From contig JAPLXQ010000010.1 of the NCBI GenBank assembly GCA_026395995.1, forward strand, positions 146,400-210,399: a stretch of DNA of 64,000 nt. The letters run 5' to 3'. The stretch is from Candidatus Nomurabacteria bacterium. Its GTDB lineage: Bacteria; Patescibacteriota; Minisyncoccia; Phycocordibacterales; UBA9973. Made by a program: the position numbers and the translations under genes. This document shows, in pieces, positions 1-9,597 of the stretch (positions within the stretch are counted from its first letter, which is position 1; each line of letters opens with the position of its first letter). The notes beneath the pieces are model-generated. The model had not been told where the DNA came from and did no database searches. It was given only the letters and a program-made list of their open reading frames with translations.

Positions 1-24
1 ACTGTTGAAATAAGAGATAATAAA

Positions 25-645
25 GTGGTACGTAAATTCGCGTATTACTCTGTTGAAGAAATATTGAATGATTTGAAAAAGAAGGGACTAATCGGTATGA
101 CACCAACAGATATTCAAAAGTTTGATAGTTCTAAAACGTTTGGGAACATTACTACGTTTGCAAAACGAGGAAAGATTAAGATTGTTGATTTATGGGAACA
201 GCTTGGTATAAAGCCCATAGACAAATCTACATTAGTAAAGTCGCCTAAAATAGTTTTTAACTCAGTTGAAGAAATTAAAAAATCTTTGGAAAAGTTGAAA
301 ATGCCTGAAAAGAGTTTAAAAGCTTTCAGGGTTGCCGATAAAAAGATGTATAAGGCAATTTTAGATTATGCTAAAAAACAGAAGATGAAACGAGGAGAGA
401 TATGGAAAGAATTGGAAATGGACACATTGTTTGTAGCAAATTCGATTGAAGATATTATTGCTCTTTTAAAAGAAAACGACCTTTTAAAAGCTTCTGTCGC
501 TGAAATTCGTAAAAATGGACATGTGCATGATTCTGTATATTTATATGCCAAGAAGAATTTTTTAAAAATGAGTACTATTTGGAAAGTGCTTGGTATAAAA
601 AATGCGTTTCAATTAAAATCAGAAAAAAAGATAACTATCCTTTAA
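25..645 (+). CDS. hypothetical protein with three internal ~60-aa repeats (xSVEEI..L.K...KRG.I...L). GTG start; the frame is open back to the window start, so it may be 5'-partial
   Basis: ORF track; my reading of the repeated SVEEI/NSIEDI modules in the translation. No family recognised. Confidence 0.4.
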   Translation: MVRKFAYYSVEEILNDLKKKGLIGMTPTDIQKFDSSKTFGNITTFAKRGKIKIVDLWEQLGIKPIDKSTLVKSPKIVFNSVEEIKKSLEKLKMPEKSLKAFRVADKKMYKAILDYAKKQKMKRGEIWKELEMDTLFVANSIEDIIALLKENDLLKASVAEIRKNGHVHDSVYLYAKKNFLKMSTIWKVLGIKNAFQLKSEKKITIL

Positions 646-732
646 TTGGGTAGTTTTTTTATATTTTGTTTGACTTATAGATATTGAAAGTGTATTGTTT
701 CAGTAAATATAAACGAATCCAAATCATGGCAG

Positions 733-1269
733 TTGTCTGATGTAGGTTCATTAAAAATAAACAAAATGGGAAATCAAGTAATAGGTTTTTTAGAAGAATC
801 TACTTCTGTTTCACTAAGTGAAATTAGTAACTTTAAATTTGATGATTTCTTTAATCTTTTTCCTGCTGATAATGTGATTAAGCAGGAAAGCTTTTATAGA
901 CTTTGTGGTGATAATACTCATTCATCTGGAATAAATCTTTTTAATTATCGTTGCACTAAAGATGGTATGTCACCATATTTAGTTGGTCATGATTACAAAG
1001 AATCATATCAAAAAATTAGCTTAGCGCATGTCAGTCAGATATGTGAACTTCATTTTTCTAGCAAAAGAAATTTACTTCATGAAGGTTCTTTTATGAAAAA
1101 TATTTTTTGGTTAATAGATAGAAATGGAAAAGATTGTGTTGTTTTAGTAAATCGTATTTCGGGTTATGAAGGTTGGAAAGCAAAAATTATAGATTTTCAT
1201 CCTCATCAGGTTGTAAACAGAAACGACCAATTATTTCTAGAAGATGCATTTAAAAGGTATCGACATTAA
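733..1269 (+). CDS. hypothetical protein
   Basis: 178-aa ORF followed by a hairpin plus T-run. No recognisable motifs. Confidence 0.35.
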   Translation: MSDVGSLKINKMGNQVIGFLEESTSVSLSEISNFKFDDFFNLFPADNVIKQESFYRLCGDNTHSSGINLFNYRCTKDGMSPYLVGHDYKESYQKISLAHVSQICELHFSSKRNLLHEGSFMKNIFWLIDRNGKDCVVLVNRISGYEGWKAKIIDFHPHQVVNRNDQLFLEDAFKRYRH

Positions 1270-1287
1270 TTATTTAAAAATTCACTG

Positions 1288-1320
1288 AAAGCCTTGTAAA
1301 ATATTGCAGGGCTTTTTTTA
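1288..1320 (+). terminator. rho-independent terminator-like hairpin plus T7
   Basis: aagcc..ggctt stem followed by ttttttta directly after the ORF stop. Confidence 0.4.
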
Positions 1321-1347
1321 TTTGTCTTTTTAGCATATAGTAAAAGT

Positions 1348-2028
1348 ATGCGTTTTCATATAATTACAATTTTCCCAGAGGCGTTTGATTCTTATCTCAA
1401 AGAGTCTATTATTGGGCGGGCCCTTCGGCCTAGCTCAGGGCAAGCTAAAAGAAAAAAACCATTAATTGAGGTTTATTTCTATAATCCGCTCTCATATTGC
1501 AAACCAAAGGAAAGAGTAGACGGACGCCCATATGGTGGTGGTCCTGGAATGGTTTTAAGACCTGAGGTTTTTATTAAGTCTATTGAAAAGGCCTTGAAAG
1601 CTATTTCAAAAAATTCTAAAGCCAAAGTAAAGATTATAAATTTTTCTCCAAGTGGTAAAAAGTTTGATACAGCATACGCAAAAACTTCTGCGAAAAAATA
1701 TTCGGACATTATTTTAATTTCTGGACGATACGAAGGCATTGATGCGCGCGTGATGAAGATATTTAAAGCGGAAGATATTTCGATCGGGGATTATGTGCTC
1801 ACAGGTGGAGAATTACCAGCGATGGTATTACTTGATTCTATTTCTCGCCAAATTCCTGGCGTCCTCGGTACATATGAATCGCTCGAAGAAGAACGTGTGT
1901 CTTCAAGTGAAGTCTACACTCGGCCGGAAGTTTTGAAATACAAAAACAAGAATTATAAAGTACCAAAAGTATTGCTTTCAGGCAATCATAAACTCATTGA
2001 AGCATGGAAGAATGAAAGTAAAAAATAA
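1348..2028 (+). CDS. trmD: tRNA (guanine37-N1)-methyltransferase TrmD
   Basis: N-terminal MRFHIITIFPE, RPYGGGPGMV, GRYEGIDARV and GDYVLTGGELPAMVLLDSISR motifs typical of TrmD/SPOUT. The GRA-to-PYGGG segment is ~7 aa longer than the E. coli segment, with a GC-rich stretch at 1415-1430. Confidence 0.85.
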   Translation: MRFHIITIFPEAFDSYLKESIIGRALRPSSGQAKRKKPLIEVYFYNPLSYCKPKERVDGRPYGGGPGMVLRPEVFIKSIEKALKAISKNSKAKVKIINFSPSGKKFDTAYAKTSAKKYSDIILISGRYEGIDARVMKIFKAEDISIGDYVLTGGELPAMVLLDSISRQIPGVLGTYESLEEERVSSSEVYTRPEVLKYKNKNYKVPKVLLSGNHKLIEAWKNESKK

Positions 2029-2119
2029 AAGTGTGCAAAGTCGAACTTTGCACACTTGTTGCAAAATATATTTTTTGTGGTAATGTTTATTTAAATAAAT
2101 TTGTACTAAAAAATCATAT

Positions 2120-2530
2120 ATGAAAACAAAAGTAATTATCTACGTTTATGGAATTAAGGTTCTATATCCTAAATTTACAGATCAAATTGATTTAATTGAT
2201 AAAGAATTAAATAAGGTGTTTGGTAAAGATCATATAATAAAAATTATTGCTCTCGCATCATATATGCCTAAAGATGAATATCTTTTTCTGTCTAATGAAG
2301 ATGAAGATTTTTCTAAAAAAGAAGGTAGAAAAGAATATTTTTTAGCTAAAGAAAAAGTTAAAAAAATAATAATTGGAGCTTTTATTTTTTTAAAATTTGG
2401 AAAAATTACTTTCATTAATGGCGGAGAGTTTAAGGAAGTTTTTGAATATGAACTAATTTCTGAAAAACCAAAAGAAAAACCAAAAGAAAAAATTAAAAAA
2501 CAAAAGAAAGTAAAAGAAAAAACAGCATAA
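2120..2530 (+). CDS. hypothetical protein, lysine-rich C-terminus (KPKEKPKEK)
   Basis: ORF track only. Confidence 0.3.
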   Translation: MKTKVIIYVYGIKVLYPKFTDQIDLIDKELNKVFGKDHIIKIIALASYMPKDEYLFLSNEDEDFSKKEGRKEYFLAKEKVKKIIIGAFIFLKFGKITFINGGEFKEVFEYELISEKPKEKPKEKIKKQKKVKEKTA

Positions 2531-2531
2531 T

Positions 2532-2570
2532 ATTGCCCCCGACCATAGGTCTGGGGCAATTCTTTATTTT
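2532..2570 (+). terminator. rho-independent terminator (ATTGCCCC-N-GGGGCAAT hairpin plus T-run)
   Basis: attgcccccgaccataggtctggggcaat then tctttatttt; the same palindrome type recurs at 62889. Confidence 0.5.
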
Positions 2571-2572
2571 AG

Positions 2573-2600
2573 TTGACTTTTTGTTGTATATAAGTATACT
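2573..2600 (+). promoter_or_regulatory. sigma70-like promoter candidate upstream of rpoB (TTGACT, 16-nt spacer, TATACT)
   Basis: Hexamers read directly from the sequence. They are followed by a ~165-nt leader with a hairpin and U-tract before the rpoB ATG. Confidence 0.35.
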
Positions 2601-2768
2601 AGTAATTAGTAGATTGATCGATTGAGTTTCGGCTGAAAATCTCCATTTTTATTAATTTAAGCCTTATAAGCGTTAATTTAATTAATATCCGAAACAAATA
2701 ATAGCAAGAAATAAAAGCTTACATGGCTTTCGTTTCTCGTTTTGAGTTTTTTTTGATATTACAATAAT

Positions 2769-5700
2769 ATGCAAAAATCAGTTGCACGACCAAAGAAGTA
2801 TTTCTCAAGGTACAAGAAGCCCTTGATAGAGTTTCCAAACTTAATTGAAACTCAAGTAAAAAGTTTCAAGTGGTTAGTCGAAAATGGAATTGGAGAAGTG
2901 TTCAAAGAGTTCTCTCCGATCAATGATTACTCTGGAAAAAAATTCCAATTAGAGTTCACATCTTTTACTCTCGGTGAACCAAAGTGCGACGAATATACAG
3001 CAAAGTTAAACAAGCTCTCATATGAAGGGCTTTTAAAAGTGCGCGTAAAATTGACAAACAAAGTTCTCGGTACTATTAAAGAACAAGAAATTTTCATGTC
3101 TGAATTCCCATTGATGACTGCACATGGAAGTTTTATTATCAACGGAGTAGAACGTGTCATCGTTCCACAGCTTGCTAGAAGTTTCGGAGTTTTCTTTACT
3201 GAATCTGAAAGTAAAGGTAAGAGATTTTTTGGTGCAAAAATAATTCCAGCTCGTGGAGTTTGGATTGAGATAGAATCAGAAGCTGATGGTGCTATTTATG
3301 TACGTATCGATAAAAAGAGAAAATTCCCAGCTACAGCTCTATTACGTGTCATGGGTTATCATACAGACGAAGAAATAATAAAAGCTTTTGCTGGTAATGA
3401 AATACATGAAGCTTCTATTGTTGCCTCTTTAGCTAAAGACACTACTAAAGTATTAGGGGAAGCCTTTGTAGACATCTACAAGCGTTTACGTGATGGTGAT
3501 ATGGCGACTGCTGACAATGCGAAAGAATTTATTACTTCAATTTTTACAGCTGAGAGATATGATCTTTCTCCTGTTGGACGTTTTCGTTTCAATGATCGTT
3601 TCGGAAAAGATATGGGCGACGAAGAAATGAAAAGAAGAATAATTTCTAAAGAAGATTTAGTTGTAATATTAAAAAATATTATAGATTTAAATAATACCGC
3701 TGATGCAAAAGCTGATGATATTGACCACTTAGGTCAACGTCGTGTACGTTTCGTCGGAGAAATGCTCCAACAAAAAATCCGTACAGGTATCATGCAAATC
3801 AAGAGAAATATTCAAGATAGAATGTCTACTATTGATGTAGATATGGCTATGCCTATTCAAATCATCAATCAACGACCTCTCCAAGCTCGTATTAAAGAAT
3901 TCTTTACTACAAACCAGCTTTCACAATTCATGTCTCAAGAAAACGTCTTGGCTGAAATAGAGCACTTACGTTTGCTTTCTGCTCTTGGCCCCGGTGGTCT
4001 TACACGTGAAAGAGCAGGTCTCGAAGTTCGTGACGTGCATCCATCTCACTATGGACGTATTTGTCCTATTCATACACCTGAAGGTCCAAACATTGGATTG
4101 ATTGTTCACCTTTCAATTTATTCTAAAATAAATGATTTTGGTATTATTGAAACTCCTTACGTGAAAGTTAAAAAAGGAAAAATTACTGGTGAAATTCAAT
4201 ACTTGAATGCTTTAGAAGAAGAGAAATACAATATTGCTCACGGTGGTGTTCCTTATACTGAAGAAGGAATGATTTCAGTAGAACAAGTAGAAGCTCGTGT
4301 CAAAACTCAACCTGGTATTATTCACCGCGATGAAATTGATTTTATCGACGTGGCTACAAACCAAGGTTTTTCTATTGCGACATCTATGATTCCTTTCTTG
4401 GAACATAACGATGCGAACCGTGCACTCATGGGAAGTAATATGCAGAAGCAAGCAGTGCCTTGTGTTAATCCAGAAGTTCCATTGGTTGGAACAGGCATGG
4501 AAGAATATGCTTCTAGAGATTCAGGAAGACTTGTCATTGCTGAAAATGATGGAGTTGTAAAATATGCTGATGGTAAAAAAATAATCATTACTGAAAAAGG
4601 TGATAAAGATAAAGTTTATACTTTAGTTAATTTCTTACGTAACAACAACTTTTCTATTTTTCATCAACGTCCAAATGTAAACGTCGGAGATAAAATTAAA
4701 AAAGGCGATGTTCTTGCTGATACTACTAGTACAGTAGATGGACAAATTGCTATTGGTCAAAATATTTTAATGGCTTTCATGTCATGGAATGGACTCAACT
4801 ATGAAGATGCGATTATTATTTCTGAAAGATTGGTGAAAAATAGTGTTTTCACTTCTGTTTATTTGGAAGAATTCATCTGTACTGTTCGTGATACAAAGCT
4901 TGGTCCCGAAATCACAACTCGTGATATTCCAAACGTTGGAGAATTGAAATTGAAAGATCTTGATGAAGACGGTATTGTCCGTGTCGGAGCTGAAGTTCGT
5001 GAAAACGATATTTTGGTTGGTAAAATTACTCCAAAAGGAGAGACAGAGCTTACACCAGAAGAAAGATTACTTCGTTCTATTTTCGCTGAAAAAGCTCGTG
5101 ACGTAAAAGATACATCAATGCGTATGGAACACGGAAAGCGTGGACGTATTATCGGTGTGAAAATTTTCTCACGTGAAATGGGCCACTCATTAGAATCTGG
5201 AATCATTAAGAAAATTGTTATTGAAGTTGCTCAAATTAGAAATATTTCTGTCGGAGACAAGCTTTCAGGACGTCATGGAAACAAAGGTGTTATTTCTACT
5301 GTTCTTCCAGAAGAAGATATGCCATACATGGCAGATGGTACTCCAATCGATATTATTTTGACACCACTCGGTGTGCCTTCTCGTATGAACTTGGGACAGA
5401 TTTTGGAAATTCACCTTGGTATGGCGGCAAACACACTCGGCTATCAAGCTATTGTTCCACCATTCCTTGGTGCAAAAAATGAAGAAATCAAAGAAGAATT
5501 AGTCAAAGCTGGATTCAATGAAAATGGAAAAATGAAACTTTTCGATGGACGAACTGGAGAAGCTTTTGAACAAGATATCGCTGTCGGTTATATGTATATG
5601 TTGAAACTTCACCACATGGTAGAAGACAAGATCCATATGCGTTCAATTGGTCCCTACAGTCTCATTACACAGCAACCACTCGGAGGTAAAGCTCAAGGTG

Positions 5701-5960
5701 GAGGACAAAGATTCGGAGAAATGGAAGTGTGGGCTCTCGAAGGATACGGTGCTGCTCATGCACTACGAGAAATGCTCACTATCAAGTCTGACGATATCGT
5801 AGGACGTTCAGCTACATTCGATTCAATCATTAAAAATGAAGTAATCAAATCACCAAACTCACCAGCCTCATTTAACGTTATGTTAAATTACTTGAGAGGA
5901 CTAGCACTCAATGTGAACTTAAAAAAATGGTCGGACAAATCTGGAGAAGATAACATTTAG
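2769..5960 (+). CDS. rpoB: DNA-directed RNA polymerase subunit beta
   Basis: 1063 aa; unmistakable RpoB blocks (GPNIGLI, NMQKQAVP, GRHGNKGV, RFGEMEVWALE). Confidence 0.97.
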   Translation: MQKSVARPKKYFSRYKKPLIEFPNLIETQVKSFKWLVENGIGEVFKEFSPINDYSGKKFQLEFTSFTLGEPKCDEYTAKLNKLSYEGLLKVRVKLTNKVLGTIKEQEIFMSEFPLMTAHGSFIINGVERVIVPQLARSFGVFFTESESKGKRFFGAKIIPARGVWIEIESEADGAIYVRIDKKRKFPATALLRVMGYHTDEEIIKAFAGNEIHEASIVASLAKDTTKVLGEAFVDIYKRLRDGDMATADNAKEFITSIFTAERYDLSPVGRFRFNDRFGKDMGDEEMKRRIISKEDLVVILKNIIDLNNTADAKADDIDHLGQRRVRFVGEMLQQKIRTGIMQIKRNIQDRMSTIDVDMAMPIQIINQRPLQARIKEFFTTNQLSQFMSQENVLAEIEHLRLLSALGPGGLTRERAGLEVRDVHPSHYGRICPIHTPEGPNIGLIVHLSIYSKINDFGIIETPYVKVKKGKITGEIQYLNALEEEKYNIAHGGVPYTEEGMISVEQVEARVKTQPGIIHRDEIDFIDVATNQGFSIATSMIPFLEHNDANRALMGSNMQKQAVPCVNPEVPLVGTGMEEYASRDSGRLVIAENDGVVKYADGKKIIITEKGDKDKVYTLVNFLRNNNFSIFHQRPNVNVGDKIKKGDVLADTTSTVDGQIAIGQNILMAFMSWNGLNYEDAIIISERLVKNSVFTSVYLEEFICTVRDTKLGPEITTRDIPNVGELKLKDLDEDGIVRVGAEVRENDILVGKITPKGETELTPEERLLRSIFAEKARDVKDTSMRMEHGKRGRIIGVKIFSREMGHSLESGIIKKIVIEVAQIRNISVGDKLSGRHGNKGVISTVLPEEDMPYMADGTPIDIILTPLGVPSRMNLGQILEIHLGMAANTLGYQAIVPPFLGAKNEEIKEELVKAGFNENGKMKLFDGRTGEAFEQDIAVGYMYMLKLHHMVEDKIHMRSIGPYSLITQQPLGGKAQGGGQRFGEMEVWALEGYGAAHALREMLTIKSDDIVGRSATFDSIIKNEVIKSPNSPASFNVMLNYLRGLALNVNLKKWSDKSGEDNI

Positions 5961-5983
5961 TAATAAATTTTAAAAAATAAATT

Positions 5984-8900
5984 ATGAAAACATTAAACAC
6001 AACAGATTTCGATTACATTACATTAAGTTTAGCTTCTCCTGAACAAATCAAGGAGTGGTCATACGGAGAAGTCACAAAAGCAGAAACTATCAACTATCGT
6101 ACAGGTAGAAGTGAAAGATCTGGTCTTTTCGACGAAAGAATTTTCGGCCCAGAAAAAGATTATGAATGTTACTGTGGAAAATACAAGCGTATTCGTTATA
6201 AGGATATTATTTGTGAAAAGTGTGGAGTTGAAGTCACTCGCTCTATCGTTCGCCGTGAACGTATGGGTCATATCGAATTGGCTACACCAGTAGCACACAT
6301 TTGGTTCCTTCGTGGCGTACCATCTCGTATGAGTATTCTTTTAAACGTAACTGTCTCAGATCTTGAGAAGGTTGTTTATTTTGCTGGTTATATCGTCACA
6401 AAAGTCTACGAAGAAGAGAAAGAAAAAATTATTGAAAACTTAGACCGAGAATATAAAGCTAAAGTTAAAAATTCTGCTGATGAAGATACAAAAGAAAAAT
6501 TAAAGATTCTTCTTTCTTCTACTAAAAAAGAAATTGGTGAAATTTATGAAGGAAAGGTTTTGAATGAAATTTCTTTCCATCATTATTCTTTAAAATATGG
6601 AACATGTTTTGAAGCCAATATCGGAGCTGAAGCTATTTATTCTATTTTCAAGAATCTTGATTTAAATAAATTAAAAATTCATACAGAAAAAATAATAGAA
6701 AAGGCTAGTGTTATCGAAAAGGAGAAAATGCAAAAAAGACTTTCTCTTATTCGCGCAATGCTTTATTCAAAGATGCGTCCTGAATGGATGTTCTTATCTA
6801 TTATTCCAGTTATACCACCAGTTCTACGTCCGATGGTGGCTCTTGAAGGTGGAAGACATGCAACTTCAGACTTAAATGATTTGTATCGTCGCGTGATCAA
6901 TAGAAATAATCGTTTGAAGAAATTGAAAGAAATCAATGCTCCAGACGTCATTCTCCGAAATGAAAAAAGAATTATTCAAGAAGCAGTAGATGCTTTGATT
7001 GATAACTCTATAGCAAAACAAGGTGACTCTGCTGCGATGAGTCAATCACAAAAGAGAGCTTTGAAATCTCTTTCTGATAACTTGAAATCAAAACAAGGTC
7101 TCTTCCGTCAAAACCTTCTCGGTAAACGTGTGGACTATTCTGGACGTTCTGTTATCGTTGTCGGTCCTCAATTAAAACTCAATCAATGTGGTTTGCCAAA
7201 ACACATGGCACTTGAACTTTTCCGCCCATTCGTTATTTCAAAAATATTACAAGCAGAACTTGCTTTCAATATTCGTGGCGCTAACAAATTAATTGAAGAA
7301 GGTGTCCCAGAAGTTTGGGCAATGCTTGAAGAAGTTATTCAAGGTAAGTACGTTCTTTTAAACCGTGCTCCTACATTGCACCGTCTTGGTATTCAAGCTT
7401 TCAATCCTATTTTGATTGAAGGAAATGCTCTTCAAGTTCATCCACTTGTTTGTCAGGCTTTCAATGCTGACTTCGATGGAGACCAGATGGCTGTCTATGT
7501 TCCACTTTCTGAAGAAGCTCAATGGGAAGCAAAAGAATTGATGGCTGCTAATAAAAACTTATTAAAACCACAAAACGGAGATCCTATTGTGAACCCTCGT
7601 ATGGATATGGTTCTTGGTTCTTACTGGATGACAAAAGATGTCGATGGTGAAAAAGGTGAAGGTAAATATTTTGCTGGTCCAAATTCTGCTGTCATGGCTT
7701 ATGAACACGGAGTGCTTGCTCTTCGTGCAAAAATCAAAATCATGGGTACTGACACACAAAGATATTCAAAATTTGAAGGAAAAATATTCGAAACAACTGT
7801 CGGAAGAATACTTTTCAATAGTATTTTGCCAAGTGATTTTTCTTATTTAAACGAAGAAATGAACGTTAAAAGACTTTCATCTTTGGTTGATGAATTGATC
7901 ATGCACTATGGTATTGATGCTACTCCACCAATCTTGGATAAGATTAAAAATTTCGGTTACAAATATTCTACAATCTCTGGTACTACTTGGGGTATTGATA
8001 ACGTGAAGGTTCCAGAAGAGAAAAAAGGTATAGTAGCAGCTGGTAAAAAAGCTCAAGAAGAAGTGGTGGGTCAATGGAAAGATGGTCTTCTTTCAGAAGA
8101 TGAAAAATACCAAAAAGTTCAAGAAATCTGGACTCATGCTAAAAAAGAACTTGAAAAAGTTCTTCCTGGAACTCTAGATAAAAATGGTTCAACTTATGAC
8201 CTCTTTACTTCAGGAGCCCGCGGTACAATGACATCACTTTCACAGATGACAGGTATGAAGGGTCTTATTCAAAACAACCAAGGACGAACAATTGAATTTC
8301 CAGTCATTCCTTCTTATATTGAAGGTCTATCACCACTTGAATATTTCATTACTACTCATGGAGCTCGTAAAGGAGCCTCTGATACCGCTTTGAACACTGC
8401 TAAAGCTGGATACTTGACACGTCGTCTAGTAGATGTGTCTCAAGACGTTGTGATTACAGAAGAAGATTGTGGAACAAAAGAAGGAAAGACTGTCAGTAAA
8501 GAAAATATTTCTGGAATTGAAATTTCATTATCAAAAAATCTTCGTGGACGTGTTCTTGCTGGAGATATAAAAGATGAAGAAGGAAAAGTTCTTTATAAAA
8601 AAGGATTCTTAATTACAAAAGAAGAAGCTTTAGTGATTGAAAAAATTGGTGTCAAAGAAGCTTTTGTTCGTTCTCCACTTACTTGTAAAACAATTCATGG
8701 ATTATGTCAGCAATGTTACGGTCTCGACTTGGGTCGTAACCACTTAGTCGATCTTGGTGAAGCAGTAGGAATTATTGCTGCTCAAGCTATCGGTGAACCA
8801 GGAACACAGCTTACACTTCGTACATTCCACGCCGGAGGTGTCGCGGGTGTCGATATTACTGCTGGTCTTCCTCGTATCGAAGAAATTTTCGAAAGAAGAA

Positions 8901-9595
8901 TTCCAAAGAATGCAGCTATTGTTTCTCAGACAGATGGACAAATCATAGAAGTTAATGATAAATCTGGAAAAGATAAAACTATAAAAGTTTTGTCCGACAG
9001 TAAGGCTGATGGAAAATCAAATGAAATAGAATATGTCTTACCACCTTACCGATTACCATTAGTAAAAGTAGGTGAAAAGGTTACAAAAGGAAAAATCTTG
9101 ACTGATGGATCTGCTGATATTGCTGAAATATTCAAATATGGAAGTAAAGAACTTGCAGAAGAATATATTATTCGTGAAATTAATAAAGTTTACGAATTAC
9201 AAGGGGCTTCTATTTCACGTAAACATATTGAAATAATTATTCGTCAAATGTTCTCACGAAGAAGAATAAAAGAATCAGGTGATACAAACTTCTCTTCTGG
9301 TGATGTCGTAGAAAATACAGCTTTAATGGAAGAAAACATTCGTGTTGAAAGTACTGGTGGAACACCAGCAAAGGGTGAAATTATTGCTCTCGGTATTACT
9401 ACTGTTTCTCTTTGTACAAAGAGTTGGCTCTCAGCTGCTTCATTCCAAAACACAAACCGTGTTCTTATTGAAAATGCTATTAAGGGTGGAGTTGATTCAC
9501 TTAGAGGTCTAAAAGAAAATGTTATCATTGGTAGACTTATACCAGCTGGTACAGGTTTTCGAAAACACATTGTAAATCCTAGTACAGAAGAATAA
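5984..9595 (+). CDS. rpoC: DNA-directed RNA polymerase subunit beta'
   Basis: 1203 aa; zinc finger CYCGKYKRIRYKDIICEKCGVEV, catalytic NADFDGDQMAV, trigger-loop region. Confidence 0.97.
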   Translation: MKTLNTTDFDYITLSLASPEQIKEWSYGEVTKAETINYRTGRSERSGLFDERIFGPEKDYECYCGKYKRIRYKDIICEKCGVEVTRSIVRRERMGHIELATPVAHIWFLRGVPSRMSILLNVTVSDLEKVVYFAGYIVTKVYEEEKEKIIENLDREYKAKVKNSADEDTKEKLKILLSSTKKEIGEIYEGKVLNEISFHHYSLKYGTCFEANIGAEAIYSIFKNLDLNKLKIHTEKIIEKASVIEKEKMQKRLSLIRAMLYSKMRPEWMFLSIIPVIPPVLRPMVALEGGRHATSDLNDLYRRVINRNNRLKKLKEINAPDVILRNEKRIIQEAVDALIDNSIAKQGDSAAMSQSQKRALKSLSDNLKSKQGLFRQNLLGKRVDYSGRSVIVVGPQLKLNQCGLPKHMALELFRPFVISKILQAELAFNIRGANKLIEEGVPEVWAMLEEVIQGKYVLLNRAPTLHRLGIQAFNPILIEGNALQVHPLVCQAFNADFDGDQMAVYVPLSEEAQWEAKELMAANKNLLKPQNGDPIVNPRMDMVLGSYWMTKDVDGEKGEGKYFAGPNSAVMAYEHGVLALRAKIKIMGTDTQRYSKFEGKIFETTVGRILFNSILPSDFSYLNEEMNVKRLSSLVDELIMHYGIDATPPILDKIKNFGYKYSTISGTTWGIDNVKVPEEKKGIVAAGKKAQEEVVGQWKDGLLSEDEKYQKVQEIWTHAKKELEKVLPGTLDKNGSTYDLFTSGARGTMTSLSQMTGMKGLIQNNQGRTIEFPVIPSYIEGLSPLEYFITTHGARKGASDTALNTAKAGYLTRRLVDVSQDVVITEEDCGTKEGKTVSKENISGIEISLSKNLRGRVLAGDIKDEEGKVLYKKGFLITKEEALVIEKIGVKEAFVRSPLTCKTIHGLCQQCYGLDLGRNHLVDLGEAVGIIAAQAIGEPGTQLTLRTFHAGGVAGVDITAGLPRIEEIFERRIPKNAAIVSQTDGQIIEVNDKSGKDKTIKVLSDSKADGKSNEIEYVLPPYRLPLVKVGEKVTKGKILTDGSADIAEIFKYGSKELAEEYIIREINKVYELQGASISRKHIEIIIRQMFSRRRIKESGDTNFSSGDVVENTALMEENIRVESTGGTPAKGEIIALGITTVSLCTKSWLSAASFQNTNRVLIENAIKGGVDSLRGLKENVIIGRLIPAGTGFRKHIVNPSTEE

Positions 9596-9597
9596 AT